Below the pieces are notes generated by a model. The model saw nothing but the letters and a program-made list of their open reading frames with translations, was not told where the DNA came from and searched no databases. Shown here piece by piece: positions 9,166 through 19,500 of a DNA stretch of 39,993 nucleotides (position 1 is the first letter of the stretch; every line of letters begins with the position of its first letter). Source of the DNA: a virus (lineage: Duplodnaviria; Caudoviricetes); IMG/VR virus record IMGVR_UViG_3300029226_000010, positions 1-39,993 of that record, one strand, 5' to 3'. Position numbers and translations under genes: made by a program.

Positions 9166-10658
9166 AACTACAGATTTTTAATGGTGGTAAAAGTGTAAGA
9201 CTAGCTAGTCATTTGCTTAGCATTAGTGAAGGCGTTGTCTATTCTAATATAGATGTAGAATCTGCTGTACTAGCACCAGTGAAGAAAAATTCTACCGACA
9301 AGCTATCTATAGGTCAATATGCTTACTACTTTGAGGCGAAGGATGAATGGTTGTCTTCTAGTATGGTTAGGGATTATGTTGAATACCAAGAAAAAGTTTA
9401 CTTCACTGAAGTAAACAGCATACCAAAAGTATACGATGGTACGAATACGAATAATTTAGGTGTTAAACCTCCAACGAATGCCCTTATACTTGCAACAGCT
9501 GGTGCTGGCAACTTAACTGGTGTGTACACGTATGCCTATACGTATTACAACAATGCATCTGGTGTAGAGTCAAGTATATCCTTTTTAGCCTCTGTAACTG
9601 CATCTGCTAATAGTATACTACTTAGTGATATACTTATCTCTTCTGACACACAAGTAACACACAAGAGAATTTACCGCGTTGGCGGTAACTTAACTGCGTT
9701 TACATTAGTTGCTACAATAGATAAAGCTGTAACTTCATATACGGACAATATTTCTGACACAGCTATTGATGGTAGACTACTGGAGTCAGTAGACTATTTG
9801 CAAGCTAAGTACGGCGCCAAGTATTTAACAGAAGCGTACGCTATGCTGTTTTACGCTTTAGACGACAAAGTATACTATACGCCTATAGGTAAACCATGGG
9901 CTTGGCCAGAAGAGTTCTTTATAGACTTTCCACTACCTATAACAGGTATAGGTGTAGTCCCTAACGGACTGCTAGTTTTTACTAGACTTAAGACTTATGT
10001 CGTAACGGGTAACTCACCTGCTACACTTAGCAAATATACACTAAGCAGTACTCAAGGGTGTAAATTACACAAATCGATACAAGAGTTGGATGGCACACTA
10101 CTTTGGGTTTCTAATGATGGCATATGCGCTTCTGGCGGTGGTATACCAAAAGTAATATCCAGAGAAAAACTAGGCAGTCTGGCAATTGAACCTGTAGTAG
10201 CTGTAGTACTGGATAATGTTTATTACTTGCACCATACTACTGGTTCTATAGTATATGACGTGCGTTTTGGCGCTGTGTATAAAGATTTAGACTTAGGTAA
10301 CACTTATTTAGTTGTAGGTAATGATAAGATATACGGCTACTTTGGTACGGCTTACCACGAGCTATTTGCATCTAGTGATGCAGAAGCATTTGACTATTTA
10401 TCGCCGGTATTTCTAGATGGCTCTTACACTAAACGTAAAAAGTATAAGACATTCTACTTGCGTAGTGAAGGCCAAATAACTATAGCTATTTACATAGACG
10501 GTAAACTGATTAACACCTGGAATTTAACAACTACAGATACGCATGATCTTGATATACAGCAGAAGCATCGGGAAGGTTATTCAGTGCAGTTTAGAATATC
10601 TGGTACAGGTACAGTTCTTGAGTTAAGCTATCAACCGTACGGAAATGAGCGTAACTAA
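9162..10658 (+). CDS. Tail nozzle / stabilisation protein (putative)
   Basis: 498 aa, beta-propeller-like; PWAWP and TQGC...LLWVSNDGIC motifs; position in the tail module. Confidence 0.6.
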   Translation: MKLQIFNGGKSVRLASHLLSISEGVVYSNIDVESAVLAPVKKNSTDKLSIGQYAYYFEAKDEWLSSSMVRDYVEYQEKVYFTEVNSIPKVYDGTNTNNLGVKPPTNALILATAGAGNLTGVYTYAYTYYNNASGVESSISFLASVTASANSILLSDILISSDTQVTHKRIYRVGGNLTAFTLVATIDKAVTSYTDNISDTAIDGRLLESVDYLQAKYGAKYLTEAYAMLFYALDDKVYYTPIGKPWAWPEEFFIDFPLPITGIGVVPNGLLVFTRLKTYVVTGNSPATLSKYTLSSTQGCKLHKSIQELDGTLLWVSNDGICASGGGIPKVISREKLGSLAIEPVVAVVLDNVYYLHHTTGSIVYDVRFGAVYKDLDLGNTYLVVGNDKIYGYFGTAYHELFASSDAEAFDYLSPVFLDGSYTKRKKYKTFYLRSEGQITIAIYIDGKLINTWNLTTTDTHDLDIQQKHREGYSVQFRISGTGTVLELSYQPYGNERN

Positions 10659-11149
10659 TGGTAGATATAATCACAATTAAGACACCTGCTGGTGATGCTG
10701 AGCCAGAAGAAACAGTGCGCTTTTTAGATGAAACTAAAAAGGCAACAAATAGTTTAGCTACAGATATAGCTACTATAACTGCTAGAATAGACACTTTGTT
10801 AGTGCCTGAAGCTTGGCATATAGTTGGCGACCCAGGAGAGCCTGTATTTGAAAATTTGTGGACTAACTATACAGCTAGTTCTAAATTCAATGTTGCAAGC
10901 TTCTATAAAGACCACTTAGGTACAGTGCACTTGAAAGGCTTAGTGGTGGTTACTTCTGGTACCGGCGTTGGTACGGTTATGTTTACCTTACCTATTGGGT
11001 ATAGGCCAGAGAAGCAGTTATTAGTAGCACAAATTGGGGATAGCGCTTTAGTTAGACTAGACGTGCGCGTAGACGGTAGTGTGCTGCTGGCAGTAGGTGC
11101 TGGAGCTAGGTCCCTATCCATAGAAGGTATTTCCTTCCTAGCAGTATGA
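10658..11149 (+). CDS. Small tail protein with fibre-tip-like C-terminal domain
   Basis: GTVHLKGLV...MFTLPIGYRP motif typical of phage fibre C-termini. Confidence 0.6.
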   Translation: MVDIITIKTPAGDAEPEETVRFLDETKKATNSLATDIATITARIDTLLVPEAWHIVGDPGEPVFENLWTNYTASSKFNVASFYKDHLGTVHLKGLVVVTSGTGVGTVMFTLPIGYRPEKQLLVAQIGDSALVRLDVRVDGSVLLAVGAGARSLSIEGISFLAV

Positions 11150-11622
11150 ACACGTTAGTTATACAACATAAGCAGGCAGCAGACCTAGTGTTTACAAACA
11201 AGGTTAAGTCTTTAGCTATATTTAGACGTGACTTGCAACAGCTAGAGGATCTTATTTTAGCTGTGCCTGGTGTTACACTACGTAATGATGATCGTACACC
11301 ATTAACCCATTTATTTACACCTAATTTGTACGCTAGAAAGATTGAGATACCAGCAACATATATGCTAATTACTGGTATACATGCAACTGAACATATAGCT
11401 GTTATTAGTAAAGGTAGTTGTTTAGTTGCTACTCCAGACGGCATAGTTAAGTACGCAGCAGGCGATGTTATGGTAACTAAGATAGGCACTAAACGTGCTA
11501 TATTCGTAATAGAAGATATTGTTTGGACCACTGTGCATGCAATAACAGCTAATGATCCAGAAGAGGCGATTAATATGATAGAATTTAAGACTTGGGAGGA
11601 TATGCCATGTCAGTTTGGATAG
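11146..11622 (+). CDS. Cupin-like protein
   Basis: HLFTPNLYARKIEIP...GIHATEH.AVISKG...GTKRA...WTTVH pattern. Confidence 0.6.
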   Translation: MNTLVIQHKQAADLVFTNKVKSLAIFRRDLQQLEDLILAVPGVTLRNDDRTPLTHLFTPNLYARKIEIPATYMLITGIHATEHIAVISKGSCLVATPDGIVKYAAGDVMVTKIGTKRAIFVIEDIVWTTVHAITANDPEEAINMIEFKTWEDMPCQFG

Positions 11623-12341
11623 GCGGTGCTACTGTAGCATTAGGTGTATACAGTGCAGTAGAAGGTAGGAAAGCTGGTAAGAACGCTGCTAATGCACAAG
11701 GAGCTGCAACAGCCGCTACAGTAGATTTAGAGGAGCAAAAGTTAGATTTTGCTTATGAGCAGTATGATGAGCAGTTAGCTCAGTATGATGAGTGGAAAGC
11801 TATATATGGTCCTATAGAAGAAAATCTAGGTGAATTTTATAGCGCTTTATCTCCTGAAACATACGCTGCAGCTGGGCTAGAGAACAACGCTAAGGAGTTC
11901 CAGAAGCAAAAGACTCAGACGATGGAAACGCTAGAACAACGAGGTTTAGGTACTTCTGGCATTAAAGCTTCAGTAGATAAAAGTATGGGTGTTAGTAAAG
12001 CTATGGCTGATGCTGAGACTAGACGAGATGCTCCATTCCAAGTAGCTAAAGAAAAACAAGCTTTCTTAAGCCAAGGTAAAGGTGGGCCAACACAAGCACC
12101 TACTGGCAATGTCGGTAGTGTATTAAACAGCAGCGGCGTTCCAGGCGCATTGCAAAGTGAAGCTAATATAGCTTCCAATAATGCAAGTTCATTGTGGGGT
12201 AGCGCAGGTTCTCTATTAAGCACTGGCTTGAATTACTACGGTAAAAACCGTACACCTAGCGCTAATCAGGGTTCTGTTAAGACAGATTATAACCCAGCAG
12301 ATACACCCTACATGCCAGCATTTGGAGGAGCAGACCGATGA
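11607..12341 (+). CDS. Internal virion (ejection) protein, putative
   Basis: Hydrophobic Gly/Ala N-terminus, coiled coil, QRGLGTSG; GGAGG RBS precedes ATG 11607. Confidence 0.55.
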   Translation: MSVWIGGATVALGVYSAVEGRKAGKNAANAQGAATAATVDLEEQKLDFAYEQYDEQLAQYDEWKAIYGPIEENLGEFYSALSPETYAAAGLENNAKEFQKQKTQTMETLEQRGLGTSGIKASVDKSMGVSKAMADAETRRDAPFQVAKEKQAFLSQGKGGPTQAPTGNVGSVLNSSGVPGALQSEANIASNNASSLWGSAGSLLSTGLNYYGKNRTPSANQGSVKTDYNPADTPYMPAFGGADR

Positions 12342-13714
12342 GTACTAATATAAATAAAGCAGGCGCTATGTCTGCGTTAGCTGAAGGTGCTAAAGGGCTG
12401 ACTCAAGGTATAGAAGATAGACCAGCAGCACTGCTCGCTAAGAGAAAAGCAGAGCAGGACATGGAAAAGATAAACTATTCAGATGATCAAAATATTTGGA
12501 AAGAAGAGCTAGATGTAGTAAAAGGTGCTGCAGAAGAAACAAACCGTAAGCTACAAAAAGCAAACATGTTTCGTGGGTTGAAGTATTTTACAGAAGACCG
12601 TAACCCTAGACACTTGAATGCTCTGCTTGAGGGTGGCCCAATGAGTAAGGCTGGTATCATTAGATTTTCTAAGATTGACTTAAGTGCAGATACTGCTTTA
12701 CTATCAGCAGCAGGTCTTGATCCTGAAGACGCTTCTGGAACAGCAGCATTCGGTGGTGAAAGCTACGGCGACTCTGCACGGTTTGTAAAAGGCGTCATGA
12801 AAGATGGTACTGAAAAGATATTCGATGTATATCAAGTTAAGAAGATGACAGGTTACTTCCAAAGTATTAATGACCAGCAAGTTACTGAGGAATTAGCACT
12901 CAATGAAAAAACATACAGCCCTGGTGAGTGGGAGAAGAAAGCTGACTTAGTTGCTAGCCAAGGTGTTGACACTAAGCAGAACGCCACTGCTGCACTATAT
13001 AATGATATGAGGACTGGCAATAAGGGTGGTCAGCTAGCAGAAGCAGAAGTTGCTACTCAAGCACTGGACAAGCTGTTTGCTGGTGACTTCTTGACTAATT
13101 TCGAACCAACTGATCAACAGCATCGGGATCAAGCATATAGCTTAGTACATAAGATAGAGCGTATGGAAGGTACAGAGTTTGACGCAGCTACTAAGAAGGA
13201 GCTACGTGATGTAGGTGTACTGTTAGCTATGGGTGATCCTAGCAAGGATATGACAGTAGCAGAGACTGGCATACTTGATAGTATGCTAACAGATGTTAAA
13301 AAGTATGTCACAGACGAAGGTGGTTCTGAATCAGTAGCTGCTTACGCTGCATTTAGAAACAGCTTACGTCATGCACTCTACGGTTCAGCATTAACTGACT
13401 CTGAGATCAAAGCATTCAATGAACAGTTTGGTACTCGTAAGCAACAGCTAGCACCGTTGATTAAACAGATGAAAACTGCTATGGGTCAGATACGTGGTAA
13501 GCTGAATGCAATAGCTACGATGCAAAATCCTTACTCTGCCAAATTCAGAATAGGCGCCTCACAGGAAAAAGTTGAAGACCTAGTTGCAGCTATGGATCAG
13601 CGTATTAAATATCTAGAGGACTTGGAGAGTGGTAAGCAAACTGAGTCAACGCCTGAAGCTCAACAGGATAAGGATAGCCGAATAATAGGTGACGTCTGGG
13701 GAGGCAATAAGTAA
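12338..13714 (+). CDS. Internal virion (ejection) protein, putative
   Basis: 458 aa, helical; LYGSALTDSEIKAF segment; position after the small ejection protein. Confidence 0.5.
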   Translation: MSTNINKAGAMSALAEGAKGLTQGIEDRPAALLAKRKAEQDMEKINYSDDQNIWKEELDVVKGAAEETNRKLQKANMFRGLKYFTEDRNPRHLNALLEGGPMSKAGIIRFSKIDLSADTALLSAAGLDPEDASGTAAFGGESYGDSARFVKGVMKDGTEKIFDVYQVKKMTGYFQSINDQQVTEELALNEKTYSPGEWEKKADLVASQGVDTKQNATAALYNDMRTGNKGGQLAEAEVATQALDKLFAGDFLTNFEPTDQQHRDQAYSLVHKIERMEGTEFDAATKKELRDVGVLLAMGDPSKDMTVAETGILDSMLTDVKKYVTDEGGSESVAAYAAFRNSLRHALYGSALTDSEIKAFNEQFGTRKQQLAPLIKQMKTAMGQIRGKLNAIATMQNPYSAKFRIGASQEKVEDLVAAMDQRIKYLEDLESGKQTESTPEAQQDKDSRIIGDVWGGNK

Positions 13715-15579
13715 TGACTGAACTATCTGAGTATGACCTTATAAGACCGGATATAGAGACTTGTAGGGATACTTTCCAAATAGGTTATGATGCATATGAG
13801 TCTTCTAGAATAGAGAGTCTAGAGATACAAGATATGTACCACAACAGACAGTACACACAAGATCAGTTGTCTACACTGTCAAACCGTGGTCAACCAGCAG
13901 AGACCTTTAATGTATTTAAGATCTTCAGTCGCATGTTGCTGGGTTATTACTCTACTGTAGTTAACACTGCTGTAGCAAATCCAACCCGCTTTAACGATAT
14001 AGCTAAAGCTAAAGTAGTAAATGACATACTGGAATATACTTTCCGTACTAATGATTTTACTACTGAAGGTGATACTATTAAGCTAGATGGCTTTTTATCT
14101 GGCATTATGTGCGCTAAGGTACAGGTATACAGTACAGGTGAAAAAGATCAGTTTGGTCGACCTAAGCGTAGGATTAACCTTGAAGCTATTAGTAGCAATG
14201 AAATTGTTTTAGACCCTTATAGTCGTAAGCGTGATTACTCTGATGCTCGTTACATACATAGATTTAAGTGGGTATCAGAAGACGACGTTATTTCCTTGTA
14301 TGGTAAGGATAAAGCAGCAGAGTTGTTCGAATACTATAATCACTTAAATATAGACGAGGCTGAGTTTGAGTACAGCTATAACGGTCAGTTTACAGGTCGT
14401 TACAAAATATTTAATAACTACTTAGTAGTTGAAACAACACTGGTAGATTATGAAGGTAAGACTTGGACTATTCACTGGTGTGATGAAACTGAGCTGTTCA
14501 AAAAAGAGATCAGCTATCGTAAGGTTAGGTTCCCATACAGAGTGCAGAAGCTACAAGGTTCTACTCGTACAGAACACTACGGTATATTTAGAGAAGTTAT
14601 AGAGTCGCAGAAAGCTATTAACCAAGCATTAATCAAGATACAACTAATGGTTAATACACATAAGGCTTTTGTTGAAGACGGTGCTGTTGATAACATAGAC
14701 GACTTTACTGATTCTTTTAACAGGGTTAATTCAGTAATAGAAGTAAATGACCTGCAAGGCATTAAAGTTGAAAGCATGGCTAAAGAGATACTTGATCAGT
14801 ATACTATTATAGATAAAGCTTTTGATCGCATACAACGTGTGCTGGGTATTAACGACAGCTTCCTTGGCCAAGCTTTTGCCTCAGACTCTGGTCGTAAAGT
14901 TAAGCTACAACAAAATGCAACTATAATTAGTTTGCATTACTTGACCAACCGCATACAGGAGTTTTACAAGTCTTTAGGTGAAGACATGGTTGAACTAATT
15001 AAGCAGTACTTTACTGCTGAAGAGTTGCTGCGTATTACAGATGACGTATCTGGTGATCGTTGGATAGCGGTTAACAAGCCAATGGAAATTCCTACTGGTG
15101 GAAAACTACCTACAGGTGAACCAGAAACACGGCATGCGTATGAGTTTGTACTTGATGATAAAGGTGAGATGACAACAGATGCTGAAGGCCAGTATCTAAT
15201 AGCACCTATACCAGATGAAGATACAGAGATTAAAGCAACTGATGTTGAAATAACTATAGATGCAACTGCGTACAATGATGAAGACGAAAAGAATCAGCTT
15301 ATGCTAGAGACTGTATTGTCTAGCAGCATAGGTAGCTTGTTATCTCAAGTTAATCCTGCAGGCTACTTTAAAGCAGCAGGCTTAAGCTTACGGTCTTACA
15401 AGACTAAGCACAGCCCAGACATAGCTAAGATTCTAGATGACACTGCACAAATGTTAAGCGGTGACTCTCAAGCAGCACAATCAGCATCTGACATGGCTCA
15501 GGGCGGCAAGCCAGATGGCCGTGAGGGTTCACTTAGTCAGTCAATGAAATTACCACAAAACACAAACGAAGGGGTATAG
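13714..15579 (+). CDS. Portal protein (podovirus type)
   Basis: 621 aa; RGQP.ETFN, IVLDPYSR..DYSDARY...KWVS, YGIFREVIESQKAIN and LGINDSFLG motifs. Confidence 0.8.
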   Translation: MTELSEYDLIRPDIETCRDTFQIGYDAYESSRIESLEIQDMYHNRQYTQDQLSTLSNRGQPAETFNVFKIFSRMLLGYYSTVVNTAVANPTRFNDIAKAKVVNDILEYTFRTNDFTTEGDTIKLDGFLSGIMCAKVQVYSTGEKDQFGRPKRRINLEAISSNEIVLDPYSRKRDYSDARYIHRFKWVSEDDVISLYGKDKAAELFEYYNHLNIDEAEFEYSYNGQFTGRYKIFNNYLVVETTLVDYEGKTWTIHWCDETELFKKEISYRKVRFPYRVQKLQGSTRTEHYGIFREVIESQKAINQALIKIQLMVNTHKAFVEDGAVDNIDDFTDSFNRVNSVIEVNDLQGIKVESMAKEILDQYTIIDKAFDRIQRVLGINDSFLGQAFASDSGRKVKLQQNATIISLHYLTNRIQEFYKSLGEDMVELIKQYFTAEELLRITDDVSGDRWIAVNKPMEIPTGGKLPTGEPETRHAYEFVLDDKGEMTTDAEGQYLIAPIPDEDTEIKATDVEITIDATAYNDEDEKNQLMLETVLSSSIGSLLSQVNPAGYFKAAGLSLRSYKTKHSPDIAKILDDTAQMLSGDSQAAQSASDMAQGGKPDGREGSLSQSMKLPQNTNEGV

Positions 15580-15583
15580 CAAC

Positions 15584-16006
15584 ATGGGTTGGAAACCATT
15601 TAAAAGTATTAAGAAAGCCATTAAAAAGGTAGGCAACGTAGCAAATAAACTAGACCCTACAGGCATATCAGGTGCCATGTTATCAGGTGGCACAAATATA
15701 GGTGGCTTACTCGGTAAAGGTCTAGGCAAGGTTGTCGGTGGTGGTGGTGGCGGTGGCGCAGGTAAGCCTAAGCGAGAACGCTACAAACGCAAGAAACGTA
15801 ACAGATGGAAATCTAAGCGAGAGAAGAATTTTGAGTCTCGCAGTAAGATGATGACTTCAGGTATAGGTAAAACATTATCTGGGCAAGAGAAGTCACCATT
15901 CCTAAATGCACTGCGAGGTCGCAAAGCAGGCACATCTACACGCAACAAGGCAGGCAAGCAAATAGGTAGTGCAGCAAAACAAGCAGCTAAGAAGAGAGGG
16001 TATTAA
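15584..16006 (+). CDS. Highly basic Gly/Lys/Arg-rich protein
   Basis: 140 aa; MGWKPFKSIKKAIKK start, Gly7 run, KRERYKRKKRNRWK. Confidence 0.6.
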   Translation: MGWKPFKSIKKAIKKVGNVANKLDPTGISGAMLSGGTNIGGLLGKGLGKVVGGGGGGGAGKPKRERYKRKKRNRWKSKREKNFESRSKMMTSGIGKTLSGQEKSPFLNALRGRKAGTSTRNKAGKQIGSAAKQAAKKRGY

Positions 16007-16007
16007 A

Positions 16008-16502
16008 GTGGCACTAGCAGCAGTAGCAAAACTAATTCAACTTGGTGTTAAAGCATACCGAGGAAGTAAAAAAGTAAAGAAGGTTACAAACAAAGTAGCT
16101 ATGCGTAAGAAGCCTGGCAAGGGCAGTATAGGTGAGGCTAAAGATGTCTTAGCTAAGCGTAAAAATGAGCTTGCCAACCACGCTAAAAGCGACTCAACAA
16201 CTGCGCATAAGATAATGCAAACTGGCGTTAAGAAGCAAGCTCAGCGTGTGCAAGGCCGTACAGCTAATGCAAAACGCAAAGCTAAAGGTGCAGAGAAGGT
16301 ACCAAAAGAGCGCACTTCTGAAGCTTTTGCATACCATAAAAAACGTGTATTTAAGCATGCGCAAGAGTTAAAAAATGCTAAGCCAGTAAATAAGACTCAA
16401 CTGTCTGCCCGTATACGAGCTGTTAAAGCTAAGTTGGATACGAAGTATAATCCATCTTTAGTTAAAGAGCTAGGTAGATTACAAAAACAACGCTACAAGT
16501 AA
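16008..16502 (+). CDS. Highly basic Lys/Ala-rich protein
   Basis: In-frame GTG at 16008 just after the previous stop, with GAGGG upstream; track start 15969 overlaps the previous gene. Confidence 0.6.
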   Translation: MALAAVAKLIQLGVKAYRGSKKVKKVTNKVAMRKKPGKGSIGEAKDVLAKRKNELANHAKSDSTTAHKIMQTGVKKQAQRVQGRTANAKRKAKGAEKVPKERTSEAFAYHKKRVFKHAQELKNAKPVNKTQLSARIRAVKAKLDTKYNPSLVKELGRLQKQRYK

Positions 16503-16511
16503 GGTATAGTT

Positions 16512-19500
16512 ATGCCATTAATTCCCAGCTCCGCGCTGAAGAAATTCATTCAAGAGTTACCAGATGATTGGGCACGTAAGAGTCCAGTAGCTAAGAATGA
16601 GCTATTAAGAAAAGTTAAGCAAGAAGAGCTAGACTACTCAGGTGTATCTGAACGTCTAGCTCAGCACGACCCTAAGACTAAGTTGACCAAGGCAGAATTA
16701 GTTGAGTGGGATGCTGATCGTAAAGATAGCTTTTCTGAAGTTAACAGAACTACTAAGAAGGGCAACGTTGGTTATGACGGCACAACAATTAGGTCATCAG
16801 ACTCACAATCCTACTTTGAGAATGTACGACAGTATAAGGAAGGGAAAGAGTCTAGGCAGATATCTTCCCACTTCTCTAACTCTGTGCCAGACTACCTATC
16901 TCATTCACGTGGTAGTGTAGAGCCAATAGGAGCTAAGAATACCAGGCTAGTGCAGGAAATACAATCTGACCTGCATCAGGGTGGTAGGCAACACGGTTAT
17001 GCTGGTGAAACTAAATGGTCAGCAAGGTTGCAAGACGATGGTTCTGTAAAGCGCTTTAACTCTGCAGATGAGCTAGAGTCGTTTATGAACACCCCAGAGA
17101 GTGCTAATTACCGTGCGCTAGAACAGACAGGCAGTGTACCAGATACACCGCTTAAAAAGAACTGGGCCAGGAAGGAAATTGAGAAGGAAATACTGCACGC
17201 AGTAGACGAAGGCCAAGAAGCTATAGCTATACCGCTAGATGGTGCTGCCAGCGAACTATCTAGAGGTGTAGGAGCACAGAAGTGGTACGAGACTCAAGTA
17301 CGCTCTACGCTCAAGAAGATAGCTAAGCAGATTCCTGGCGCTGAGTATAAGGAAGTTAAGCAGTCAGGCAAGACTATGAGTAAATTTGATGACACTATTG
17401 ATGAAGAGAATCTATATTTTGACTTAGAGGTGTTTCTAAACGGCCAAAAATTAGATAACCCAAGTAGGCATGCAGAACTAGAATCAAGGCTAGAATCTCT
17501 GACAAGTGCTGATGGTGCATCACCGTTTGATGTAGCAGTAGCTTCTGGTAATTATGTAGAGGCACTTACGCTATTACCAACTGACATAGCAACCAATATA
17601 TTGCCAACTTTTGCGTATAGGACTATTCCACTAGACGTTGATAACGTTGTGCTTTTTTTAGAATCTAATCCTCGACTTGTAGAGAAGCTTAACACTAGTG
17701 TACGCAGTAGTGTGCCAGACGCAGATGAGATGATGTTTTCTCCTGTAATGCATGCTCAAACCTTAGCTAGGGGTAATTTTAATGATGAGCTATCTCATGC
17801 ACTCAGTAACAGCGATTGGTCTGACTTATATGAGGCTGCTGGAATACCGGAGGGGATAACGTATGGCCAAATAGTTCTACCTAAATCAGAGAAGGTAACA
17901 GTTACTAGAGTACCTCCTGTACCTAAAACTTACGTAGAGCTGCGTAGAGAACTACGTAAAGGTTTTGATAGTGACATGGATGCTAGAGACTACTTAAATG
18001 AGCTTAAGCAAGAGATAAGGTATGACGGGCAGTTTTCACCTCAAGGTTTTGATCGTGAGCAAGCTATAGATTTACTAGTTGCAAATGACAGAAATGGCAT
18101 TTATACCGATGCAGATAACATAGCCGCTTTTGATGCAAGACCTACAGATGAGATGCTAGAGGAGGCGTTAAAAGAGCACGAGTTAGAGCTCGGACCTGTA
18201 ACTATAGGTGAGGACGATATTTTAGCTTATGCGCAAGCGTATTGGGATAACATAAAATCCTCTGCTAACCTTGTTAAAAAAGAAGCTGCCTGGCCAGAGC
18301 TTACACCAGAAGTAAGTCGTGTAATTAAAAGTTGGGAATCTGCACCTGAGAATTTAGCTCAGTTAAATAAGCTGCAAGAAGAACTACCAGAGGAGTACAG
18401 TATTAACTTACAAGCTGCTGCTGTTAATGAAGCTATAGCTGCTAAGGTACCTAATGTAGAAGAATTACGCTTAGCTATAAATACCTCTACAGGTATATAC
18501 CACTCAGCTTTTGGTAGCGGTAATATAGTAGCTACACTAGACGACTTGCATCCTAGAGATATAGTTGCTTTACCAGACGAACTGCGAAGCACTGTAATAG
18601 AGCTGATTGAAATACTAAACGAGCCAGAAGTTGTTGTGGGGTTTGTTAAGAAGTACTGGCAGCAAATAACTAAAGAGCAGTCATTCCCTAAAATTGATAT
18701 AGAAGTAACACCAGCTACCCATAAGTATCCTGAATGGACAAAGAAGTTTGAACTATATGGTGCTAGTGCTTTAGCTATTGGTGCAAGTATGGCTCCAGAC
18801 GATGCAATGGCTCAGCAAGCAAATGCTGGTGAAGGTGACCCTGTGGGTCTTGCATTAGATCAGGGTGCCTCTCCTGGCGCTATACTCGAGCATCTTCAAG
18901 TTAACGAAGGTTTAACAGAGCCAGAGTCTAGACGTGCATTAGCTGCTTCTATACAAAGCAAAATTGACGCTGCCATTGATAAAGGCGCATCACCAGAATC
19001 TGTACAAGAACACGTTACTGATTTATATAAGCCTACGTTATTCGAAGAGGGTCAAGCGTTCGACTTTAAGTCAGCTGATAGTTCAACTACACCTGAAGAG
19101 TACAACTTCCCAGAAACTGAGCTCGGTAATTGGGAAGAGCCGCAATACATTGAAATAGCTAATGACCAGGAAGCTACAGATAAGAGTACTGAAGGGCTAA
19201 TTTCAGCTAAAGAAAATATGATGACTAGCTATCAGTTCATGATGGAAGAGCTTGTGTCTGGTTTCCAGAATGAAGAAACTAAAGTGCGCTTCAATAAGAT
19301 GCGCAAGACTAATGACTATGCAGTAGCTAATACTTTGCGTAGCCTTGGTAGAAACATAGAAGTAGGTGAGCCAGGTGAATTTGTAGAGATCATGCCTGAC
19401 GGAACTAAGTTACCGATCACTCCTGAGTGGTACTCTAAAGCTCTATGGGATATGGCAGCAGCAGAAAAAGAAATAGGCTTTGCGATTGGTGGTGCAATAG

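Noticed and set aside
15737-15757. GGT/GGC run as a phase-variable tract
   Set aside because: It is a triplet repeat coding Gly7, so slippage would keep the frame
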